A stretch of 63,762 bases of DNA, counting the filler, from Welwitschia mirabilis (Eukaryota): the NCBI GenBank assembly GCA_051453625.1. It is 6 parts of one record of this genome, joined end to end, with 100 filler letters (N's around TTAATTAATTAA, not from the genome) between each part and the next. Parts side by side here need not be neighbours in the genome. Positions count along the whole stretch, not along the records: positions 1 to 22,376 come from JBOZIK010000001.1; 5 more parts are not named here. One strand, given 5' to 3'. This document shows, piece by piece, positions 1 to 10,930 of the stretch. The notes beneath the pieces were generated by a model. The model was not told the DNA's origin. It saw nothing but the letters and a program-made list of their open reading frames with translations, and did no database searches. Position 1 is the first letter of the stretch, and each line of letters starts with the position of its first letter. Position numbers and translations under genes: made by a program.

Positions 1-1319
1 AGAGAATTGATTTCCAAAGGTAGTTTTTGGTCTTTTATCTTTTACTAACTAAAAGTAAATAATAAAGTAAATGTAATACATGATGAATAAAGATGAAATG
101 CAAATAAATGGTAATGAAAATGAGATTCTACTTAGATCCTAATCCTTCTGTTATAAGGACTAGCTTCTAGCCTTTCTGTTACAAATACTATTTTTTTTAA
201 TTCATATTAATCAAGAAGAGCATTTAACTAGTTCTTAACTAATATAAACTATCAAATATACCAAGTAGAACATGAAATGAAATATGGAAATGAAATGAAA
301 AATCTACTACTAACCAAGATCAACCTTAACAAAGGTTAACCTCATGATCTAGATAAATCATAGAACTGTCACTTAACTATGATCAACTTAATGCATAAGG
401 GACATTTACAAAATTGAGATAAAATAGTAATTCTATTAATCAAAGGAACTTTACATCCACTTGCAATAGAATAATAGCTTCTCAATGGAAGAGACATAGC
501 ATAACACCAAGAAAACCCCTTTCTGTAGCTATTGAATGAACCTCCTACCTTCAAGCTTCTGTCACAAGTATATCAAGTATAAAAGATGGTTGAATTAAAG
601 GAGGGAAGTAGTATTTATAGTTTTACAATTAATCGTAATCCTAGACATCCATTAAGAAAATCCTAGCTACCCACATGGCCTGTTTGACACTCTTTACAAT
701 GAAATCTACTGCCACAGTGTGAAAATAGTTGTTGTCTTATTAATCATCCACATGATAGTGGGGATAAAACTACCTTTTTTCATTGGGTTGTGTACCCATA
801 TGATACTGTTAGCTCCGTGAGTTTCCCGTGCATGTTACCAAGGTTGTTGTCCTGTTGGTCTTCCACATGACATAGGGGATGACACCTTGAACTATGTGCC
901 CATGTGCTATCGTAGGTTGTGTGAGTTGTCCTCACATTTGTTGTCCTTCCTATCCTCTACACAACCCAAGGGATAATGTCCTATTACCATGTGCTACTAT
1001 CCAAATGTTGCACATGATCTATTCCTGTGTAGTTGTCTTTATCAGCTATTGTCCCCTATGTCATGGGGACGGTAGTGGAGATGACACTCTTTCCAAGCTC
1101 CTCAAGTAGCGAAAATTGGTCTTCTTTACCTTTAGTCCTCCTTCATTATGAAGTATTAGATCATGCCTGAAATGCCTCCAATTATGCTAAGAATTACATG
1201 TTTTCATAATTATCATGTCATCTCTCCATAATCAGCAGAATTGTATCTAAACCTGTATAAATATCCCACAAAAGTACTCCAAATACACCATCAAATTTTT
1301 ACAAATTGGCATCGTAATA
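1..1319 (-). repeat. Partial Athila-family LTR (diverged subfamily), cut by the window edge
   Basis: The terminus aattggcatcgtaata (ends 1319) resembles agttggcatcacaaca at 16203-16218. The internal motif caaccttaacaaagg..cctcatgatcta (321-351) is shared with the LTRs near 15.28 and 21.34 kb. Confidence 0.7.
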
Positions 1320-1399
1320 GTTTATTACATCTAGTTGTATAATAATAGAAAAAAACTTTTCAAATTAATTTAAACCACAAACTCATGTAACTCACTTCT

Positions 1400-2051
1400 T
1401 ATAAAGACTAGAAACCTTGTTTCTCCTATGAGAATGCCTAGTATTAGATGTCAACCCTATAAAATTCTTACCTAGGAGTAATAGATGCATCTCACTTAGA
1501 GATTTGGATAACATATTAATCTCCTCTGGGTGGGATCTCCAAAATTTTTAATAAGATTTGGCATTCCATATCATTTTTTCCATATTTTCCTTGTCAAAAC
1601 TCAATGCAACAAGGCTAAGAATAGGATTTGTGCCTTAAAGTTGATTAACTCTCTTCTCTAGCACCTTCATTTACCTAGCTAGTAGGCTCAAAGAAATGTT
1701 TAAACTAAATTCCCATAATTGAGTTGTTATGGTTCTCACCCTTAAATACTCATCCACTAGGTAATGGATCATAAGATCAAAAGTCAAGGGAATGACATCG
1801 CTTCCAAAATGGTCTTTGTCAATCTTGGTAATAAAGGAATCTACGGTATTCAAGACCTTAATAGTGGATTTGTAATCATAGTAAAAATACTGTTTTACAA
1901 TGTTTTTAAACCTAACAGAGAGTTGAGGTAACTAGGAATTTACAATACTAATGCACATATCTATCTATGTAGAAATCAAGTTGAACAAATAATGCTTCAT
2001 CTTCTTGACACCATAGGTAGTAATGGAAGAAGGAGAAGGAGTGTAAGCCAT
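1400..2051 (-). pseudogene. Decayed unidentified reading frame (MAYTPSPSSITTYGVKKMKHYLFNL...), probably a TE accessory ORF
   Basis: The ATG at 2051 is in frame with track ORF 1671..1853. The frame runs about 200 codons with only scattered TAG/TAA stops. No motif recognised. Confidence 0.35.
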
Positions 2052-2629
2052 AAGAATTAATGAAAAAAGATAAGAAAGAGTGAAAATAATTAATTAAATA
2101 AATTTTTAAGCTAAATTAAATAATTATGGATAATTAACATGTGAAGAACGGAATTTATAATACAAGTCTTACTATTATACTTGATAACTATAATTTATAT
2201 TAAATTACCTAATGCATACATGTTTAGTCATAAGACAAAAGATTAAGTAAAATTAGTATACCTGTTTTGTTACTAGCTAAAGAATATCAAGTGTTGGCAT
2301 AAATATTAAAGCAAGTTTAGAATTGAAAGATTCCAAACTGACCAAGAATCAACCTGAAGTCAGAACTTTAGATTGATTTATGATCAGTTTAGATTTTTTA
2401 AACTACATGCTATTGTAGGGACCCACAACATTTTGACACCATAAACTATAGTACTAGGTAATTATAAAAAATTTTAAAATACCTTTAATTAAAAATAAAA
2501 TTCTTTTTAGGCTATATGTAATGATTCAGAAAAGATTTTCCTTTTTTTTCCAAGAAAGAATACGAAATGAAATTTACCATTGTTTTTCTTCTAATATATA
2601 ATGGGATCTAAAATTATAAGAATCACTTA

Positions 2630-3030
2630 ATTAATTGATACAAACTTAGAAAACTTTCAGTCAAATTTTAAATTAAAACATTATTAATAACTTGAATCTT
2701 TTAGTTGATACTAACTCAAAGTTAAAAATTTGAGCCAAATTTCAAGCCAAATTGTTTATCTTCTTGTGCTCGGAAACTTATAATCAAATAAAATCTCATG
2801 ATTAACAAACATCAACTCAAATTTAAAACTTTAAGTTGGATTTCAGGCTAACCTAATAAATTCTTTACTTTACAAGTAAAAAATAAGAATCATTTGGTTG
2901 ATTAACATCAACTCAAAATTAGAAATTCAAATTAGATTTCAAGATAGACCTTCAGCAATTAAGTCCCAGAAGTTAAGTGATATTAGTCCAAAGCTAAATC
3001 TTTGTATTAGATTTTAAGCCAACTTCACCT
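2630..3030. repeat. Degenerate tandem repeat, about 95-bp period
   Basis: aactcaaa.ttaaaa....t...atttca.g recurs near 2713, 2814 and 2910. Confidence 0.6.
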
Positions 3031-3869
3031 TTTAAACTTACTTCTGAAAAAGAAAGGTCTCATTCTTGATGATCTCCCTTAAGTTACCTCTATAAATATA
3101 CCACAAGACTATGATTTTTGATTATTACTTACTATTATAATGATGGTGGTTATAATTTAGAGGACCCAATCGAGAACTCTTGAGTTTTTAATGACCACCT
3201 TTAAACTCTTTCGACTACCTCTATAATAGATTTGATAGCTAAGTTCTTAATGATCCTCATTAAACTTAATGTTATAAAGAATAATCACTACTTAAATATT
3301 ACTTTCCATTACCTTATCATTCCACTTAAACTTGTTCTCGATGTCCCCTTTTCATTCTCAATGATCCCCAATATGAGGTCAGTTTCATGTCATCTCAATC
3401 AAATTAGCATCTATGATATAAGTGTCAACTTAGTAAATTTTTAAATTTATACCTTACTAATATGTCATTCAAATTTTTCGAACATAAGTAAAGTACAAAA
3501 ATTTCCAATTATATCTATTTTCTTTACGATAAGATTTCTCATTTATTACTTAAACACGTAAATTGAATACAATAGTAAGTATGAGTTTTTGCTTGTTTAA
3601 AGTGGAAAATAAATTGATAATTTCTACTTTCTTATTATGTTTAGCTACTTTCTTATTTTCAAGCTTCTTAGTAATGATGGAATTTCTTCAATTATTTCAG
3701 GTATTGTTAATACTTTATTTTAAGCATTTAAGAACATGTTGAACTTTGGGGAGAGTTGAATGAATTCCATATCAAAAATATTTTTACATCTAGTTAAATA
3801 ATGTTTTATATGCCAAGGAAGAAAATTTTTACTTAGTAAGTTATTTTAAAAGATCATTTATTGCAAGAA

Positions 3870-6500
3870 TTTCTTTGTTACACACATTTTTTCATATCTA
3901 ACTCCAACACTAGTGAATTTTTTTATAGAAGGTAAGGTCATTTTATCATTAAATTTTTCTCAAGTTTTTCTAAACCCCTGCTTGATAAAGTTCAAATAGA
4001 GAATTGTTGAGTTAGAATGGTATGAGTGTCTTCCTTTAAATGATAGATTTTCTTTGAAATCCGTATGTGAATTTTANNNNNNNNNNAAAAAATTGAGAAT
4101 TAATGATGCTAAAAGTATATTGGAAACTACTGTGTAGAATTAGAGGCTAAAAATTACGTAAGAAGAAATATAAGAAATTTTGCCCTTAACACCTAATGGA
4201 AAGTCCATTAATGGCACCAACAGAAAGAAAGATACAAATCTAAGTATGAGTCTTATAAAACAGGTGGTAGTTCAAGGAAGAATATCATTACATAAAAATA
4301 TAAATCCAAAATTCTTTATTATTTCCAAAATCATGGTTAGTAATTTAGCATCCATTCTTCACAAGTAAAAGGGTATCACATTACCTGACCTATATTTGAT
4401 TGTAATAGTAAAGGATAAGATAAAATGCACCAATGTAAATATTATAGAAGGGATCTTTTTGTGGCTAGAAAGGAATATTACAAAATTGAATAAAGCTGAA
4501 TTGGGGTATGAAGGATAGTACGGCTTGGATTTTCTTCTCTAATCATCCAAAGTTTTAGTAAACATAAGATTCTATTCTAACCGAATAAGTCTTGTATTGA
4601 AGTATCTATTTAGAGCCTATTTGGAGTTTAAGAATTAAGTCTCTTGAGAACTCTAAGATACAAGACTATTTAGCTAGATCTAATGGAATACTTTTATACC
4701 CATAAAAGTATACTTTCACTACTACCCTCCTCAAGAATACTAAAAAACATTATCCAATTCACATTCAAACAACTTCTTCCTTTCTATCTATTTTAGTTTG
4801 GCTAATTCTCTAAAGCACTATAGGAAGATAAATTAGATAGTCTCTATACTACTTCAAAATCAATTAAAGATGAGATTCAAACCTATCTAGGTAGAAAATA
4901 AGAAGTTTTAGCATTGTAAAATCATGTTGGTAATCTAAAAAATGAAAATAAATTCTTGAAATAGAGATTAGATCAAGAATAAGAAATCAACGTAAACCTA
5001 CCATATGAGATCACCATTAAAGAAGAAAGATCCAACTCTCTAAAATTTTCAAAGATTTAAGCAGGAAAATATGGAGATCTTATAAAGACATTGATAAACT
5101 ACAGATAGCTACCAAATATAGGGGATAATTAGAAAATTTCTTGAGGAAAGGGTTAAATAGATTAGCACCCTCATTATAAAATGTTACTTTAAGCAAAAAG
5201 TACGATGTTGAATATATAGAACACTAGTAGAAATTCATCACATTCATGTACAATGACGGGTCTCTACCCCTAAATATAAAGCATTCACATAAAATCCATT
5301 CATACCTATAGGAAATGAATAAACAAATCATGAAGATTCATGTGAATGCCTAAGAATATAGACATAAATGTCTTGAGGCTCTGAATTATTTGGGATATAA
5401 TTAGTCTCTTTTGGGATCTAATGTGAGAGACATAGATCAGATAATAATAGAAAATAAGACTCTTAAGAATCAAAGGGAAAAATAAATGTTTTCTTGTCAA
5501 CCTCCACACAATTCATTAATAAAATATTTTTTATTAAAAATAGGGGAGGAAATCAGAAGAGTAATCTCTAGTGATGTGGAAAACAAAATAAAGTTGAGTA
5601 TTATTAATGCTCTAATAGAATATCATGTGGAGTTAAAGAAGGATATTATAATAATAAGCCTTAAATATAACTAATACATTATTCAAATTTTAGAAAAATA
5701 AAACATGAGATTTCTCCATGAGATTGTTCCATGAGATTTATCTCATCGAAGTAACGTTGGATAAGTGGATTGGGTTTAGACATGAAGAATTCATTATTCT
5801 ATATAGCCTTGATTATTACAATAAAAGTTATACAACTTTATTAATATATTTTAAGAGCATTTGGAAAGTGTTATTTTAAAAACTTCTAGGGGATGATTAA
5901 AGCTAAGTCATATTTTTAATAATTAAAAAAGAGATATTAAAGCATTACCACTTGAAATTATTTAGAAAGGAATGGAGGTTCCCATAAGAGAACTTTTAAA
6001 ATTTTTAAATAATAATACAAAAAAAAAAAGGCTATTAGAAGAGTGCAAATTAGATGTCAAAGGTTTTACTATATCCTTGTAGAAATTTTAGCAATTATGT
6101 TCTTTTATAGATCAAATTATTAAGAATATGACTATGCTGAGAGGCATATTTGTGGATTTTTTTTAGAATTAGAAAATAAATATTCCTCTAAAATATATGT
6201 AGTTCTACTTAAGTAAACATCAAAACTGAGACTGCAAGTTTTGACAACTCTAGTGCTAGAATGTGTGTTCAAGAGTCCTAAAGTAAAAGTTTCTTTATCT
6301 TTTAAAAGAAAGAGAGAAGAAGCAACCAAGTCAAGAGCTCCTTCATAAGGTAGAAGATAGGATAGAAAAGTAGCTCTAGAGTAAGTAGAAATAAAGATCA
6401 TCGATTTGATTACTCCTACTCTTCAAGAGGAACACAGAAAGTTCTTAAAGGCCTTAAAGAAGATAAAACAGTCTACTCAACCAACTAGATAAATGAAGAG
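3870..6500 (+). pseudogene. Orphan retrotransposon env-like ORF remnant (putative plant transposon protein type) with a long charged C-terminal extension
   Basis: Translation from about 3987: RIVELEWYECLPLNDRFSLKSVCEF..KLRINDAKSILETTV*N*RLKIT*EEI*EILPLTPNG...KFFIISKIMVSNLASILHK*KGITLPDLYLI. The motif order matches the frames at 27.1 and 49.4 kb. The part beyond about 4700 is less certain. Confidence 0.55.
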
Positions 6501-7469
6501 CTAGAATCCAGTAGGGAGGACGCATTTATTTTAAAAAGAAGAAAATAAAAATAATAAGGTTCTTATTTTCTCTCTTTTATAGATATTTGTTTGTTTATTA
6601 AAGGACTCATGAAACCTTAAGCTTCAGGGAACTAATGAGGATAAATTTTAATGTAAATTATGTTTATTAATAAAGTGTTTTTATTATCTTAATCACACAT
6701 TTTAAATAACAATAGATTTTTTTAAGTAGTATATTCAGTAATCAATAGGTTAATTAGTTAGAATTTTAGTAGGTTAGTGTGTATAATTTATTATTTTGTT
6801 TTAGGTACAAGATGCCATGTGGCATAAAGATGGAAGAGAAGGTTGGGGTGATGAAGAAGAAGTAGTAAATTCCAACCATATACCTATTCCTAAAAATCAA
6901 AGGAAAAAAAAAGAACAAATTAGGTTATAATAATATTATCTCTATTTGCTCTTGTTTATATAGTTGAACATAAATTAGGATAATTCATAGTACTTAGAAA
7001 TAAGTATTATCTAGTATATCATCTAAATTATATCATGTTTTATTACTTTTATTATTTACCCTTGATGTAATATACGCATGTAGTAATTTAGTAGTAATAA
7101 ACCAACCTAACTAGTTCAAGTAACTTCATCATAATACTATTATAATGATGCATTTTGAACTAGATGGTTGACTCTCAACTAATTCTATAGTAAAACTTTT
7201 ATTAATTTTATTTAATGGTGTGAGCTTATCTTAGGTTGACAGCAACATAGTTTCTTCATTTTTCTAGTATTATTTTATATTATCTAATATTATTTAGTAA
7301 TATCTTTTACACTTATTTCACCATATAAGCATCCATCAAAGTAAAAAAAAAAAATACTCTGCAAAGTAGAAACAAAAAGCCAAAAGGTTACCATTTTTAA
7401 TGATATTAAAGAACTAAATAATAGGAAATTAATATCATAGAAAATCCTATATAAAAAATATAGATCATG

Positions 7470-8760
7470 AGAATAAGAGCATTGATACTTTGCTAAGTTT
7501 TGAATTTATATGTTTCCTTTTTAAATTATACTTAATTTCTCTATAAAAACATTAGATTTGAAACTATTAATTTAAAAGATGTATTCTCATAATTCTTAAT
7601 CATTTTTTTGTAATATTTTAAGGAGTGTGATATTAGCATCTTTGTATCTTTGTTTATTGCTAAATTCACACTATAAAGGGAGGCTAAGAAAAATAATAGA
7701 GATTGTAAAGAAAAGGAAAATAAAAGGATTCATTATTTAATGATTACAATGCTATGAACACTATAAAATAGAGTTTGTAATAATAGACATAAATTACAAG
7801 AAGGATTATCATAATTAATAAGATTAAAGTAAAAAACTAGGATAAAGTAAAATTGCAATGAATCCTATACAAAGAAATATAGATTTCAGAAAGAGGAGCA
7901 CTGACTCTTATCAAGTTTTACATTTACATTTCTTTTTAAATTATAAGAAATTTCTCCATAAGAATAGTTCTAATAAGAAATTGTTGATATGAAATGTTTA
8001 TTTTGAAAATTATTTATCATCTCCTCATTTAATTCATTTTGAACAAATTAACATCAACATCCTTGTATCTATGTGAATTGTAAATTTATAATGTTATAAT
8101 TAAACATACATTCAAAACTTAAATAGTAAAAAAAATGCATAAACTATAAATTTATAAAATTAAAAAACTTATAAAACTTTTAAAATTATTAAAATTTAAA
8201 AATTCAAAAATTTATAGAAGTAAATAACAATAATCAACAAGATCAAAGGAATACACTAGGAGAAATTAAAATCTCAGAAAATCTTACACATGAAATATAA
8301 ATCAAAAGAAGATAATCATTGATAGCCTACTAACTTTTACATTTATGTGTTTAATTTTTTATTGCATATAATTTTTTCTTAAGAACTTTTTAGAGTATAA
8401 AATGTTAATATAAAAATTTTATACTTATAATAATTTATCACTTTTTCATTTACTTCATTTTGAGTAATCTAATATTAATATTCTTATATCTTTGTGCATT
8501 ATTCACTTATAATATTATGATTAAATATACATTAAAAACTTAAATAATTAAAGAACTCATAAAACTTATAAACATATAAATTTTTTAAAGTGTTTAAACT
8601 TCTAAAAGTTTTAAAATATATAAACTTAGTAATTTATAATCTTATAAAAGTAAATAACAATCAAATAAACTTGAAAAATTAAAAATATTATTAAATAAAT
8701 TAGTAATGTATCATGGTATCTTAAAATATTATAAAATTAAAAAAACCTATAGAAGTAAAG
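7470..8760. repeat. Old tandem array, about 3 copies of a roughly 420-bp AT-rich unit
   Basis: Units start near 7476, 7893 and 8311. Shared segments include cattgata..aagttttacatttat, atc.ttgtatct.tgtg and, in the last two units, ttaaa.atacatt.aaaacttaaata. Confidence 0.65.
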
Positions 8761-9619
8761 AACTCATAACTAAGTTAATTATAGATATCTATCATTTTTT
8801 ACTCTCTAGAGTTTCATCATGAGGTTATCTTCATCGCAAGGTCTTAGAAAACTAAACAGGGATATAGAACAATGAATTAGAAAATGGAATACCAATGAGC
8901 TCTAAATCATGAAAGGAAAATAAGATATAGACACAAAGATTTCAATGGGAAACTAGTTATAAATCAAACTCCTCAAATGTACATAATGATAACAGATACA
9001 ATAATAATTCACAAGGTATAACTTAAATTAATTCATTGCTTTTCTATTTTATTAGCCTTCAATTTGTACTAAAATCACTCTTCTTTATGTTTATAGATAA
9101 GATGTATATTAGAAATATTCAAAATGTTTCTACATCACCTTATATTAAATTATACCAAATTCTTGATTATACAATGCAAGAATTTAATTAATAGATGGAA
9201 ACTATGCTTATAGAAAGAACGCTCTTAATACTAGTTAATGAGAAGATATTTAACATTGGTAAATGATAGAAAGAGAATATAGAGAAGGATGATTACCATA
9301 ATTAACAATCACTCTTATGTACAGAACAATGCCAAAGGTAGTGTAGTACAAGAATTTTAAAAATCAATGTATTATTCTTGACATCAACTCTTACACAAAT
9401 ATTGGATTAACTACACTACCTTAACTTACATAAATATAAAGGTAATATATTTATAATAATTAAAACATTTTGGAAATAACTATCAGTTGTTATATAACTA
9501 AGATCATGCAGAATTTGTAATAAGCTTTATTATTTTATATACTTAGCATAAGGTAAGCATGGCACTTCCTCTAGATGGTATGAATATGAAAAAAATGAAG
9601 GCATCACATCTATAGATCA

Positions 9620-10930
9620 AAAATAGATGTCTTTTTACTCTTAATGAAATGGATTCAAGATTGTAGCCACTTCTTTTAGCCCATCTTAAATAGATTAAAG
9701 AGATGTTTATATTAAGGATAAATCCATTAGTTCAAGTCACAGATGTAATTTGTGGTTAATTAAAATATCAAGGACAAACATTAAGTATTTCATAATATTT
9801 TTCATATATTGAAAATCTCCTACCATTTAAAATTAGAAAGAGATACATCCTTATATTTCAGATAAGGACTCAACTCAGTAATTAATATAATTTTATTACA
9901 AATAAGAAGCAACTTTATAATGCATTATGATTTAAGAAGGAGAAGAATCTTTTCTACCAAGATGTTAAGATAGATATGCTTAAATTAGATGACATCAATA
10001 AGGATAAATATGTTAATATCTTCCACATGATTCAAGAGAGTACTCTTGATGAAGAGGAAGGGAATATTTAGTTATATTATCATGGCTAAATTCTAGAAAT
10101 AGATAAATCTAATGTCATTTAATACACATCCTTAGTTCCTCATAGTGTTTTCAATTTGGAAGAGAGTTTGAAGCCATAGACAACTAGCTACAAAATGCTT
10201 TTGATGATATCTTAGTAAGTACTTATTGGCCATTACTAGTAGAGTTATCTATCAATGCATTTAACACTAGAGGTATGTTATTGATGTCATTTCTATCATT
10301 GTTTCCTATAGGTAACTATGATATTCTTACATGAAGAGCCAAGGATATTAAGCTACATGAGTTTGTAAAGCATCTTTGAAAATACAAAGATAGAAAGTTT
10401 GGTTATCATTCAAGATGTAGGTAGGATTTTCATATTTTAGTTAAAGTATTAATGAATTTAATAGAAATTCAACAATAAACATCTTCATATATTATTTTCT
10501 CCTTTAGGTATTATATGTTCAACATGATTATAAGACATAAGAGACTTAAGTTGCTAATAGTTTTTTTTAAAGAGAACATATTAGATGTCCCAATAATAGT
10601 AGAAAAATTACATGAACAAATGAACAGTCATCAATTGAATGAATTAGTAGACTACTTGATGAGATATGAAACCTCTTTAAGAGGTACATTCTGATGTCCA
10701 CTTTTAAGAATCAATCATGTAAGAATTGCATTAATTTATACTAGTACAATGGCTATGTTAAATACATAGTATAGAAACAAGGTATCATAATTAAGGTTGT
10801 AGTTTTATTTACTTCATATGTCAACTTGTAATGTAGCACCAATTACCTTGACTATAAGATCTTAATATGATGGGCTAAAATATATAAGCTCTACAAAAGT
10901 TGTATTAAGCATAGGAGAATAAAATGTTAA
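9620..10930 (+). mobile_element. Helitron-like (Helitron2/Helentron-type) Rep-helicase pseudogene: DUF6570-like region, Rep N-terminal region and a trace of the Pif1 helicase C-terminus
   Basis: Translations: FTLNEMDSRL*PLLLAHLK*IKEMFILRINPLVQVTDVICG*LKYQGQTLSI; KKQLYNAL*FKKEKNLFYQDVKID; YWPLLVELSINAFNTRGMLLMSFLSLFPIGNYDILT*RAKDIKLHEFVKHL*KYKDRKFGYHSRC^RYYMFNMIIRH; LVDYLMRYETSLRGT. A weaker match follows: NGYVKYIV*KQG..VVVLFTSY..APITL..TKVVLSIGE. Confidence 0.8.
10421..10507 (+). other. 87-nt GT-AG intron in the Helitron Rep region
   Basis: tgtag|GTAGGA...ttttctcctttAG|gtattat. Splicing restores HSRCRYYMFN (consensus HPRFRYY.LN), and a polypyrimidine tract is present. Confidence 0.7.

Noticed and set aside
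2630..3380. Spaced short repeats as a CRISPR-like array
   Set aside because: The repeats are degenerate, the spacers are related to each other, the context is eukaryotic TE, and there are no cas genes.
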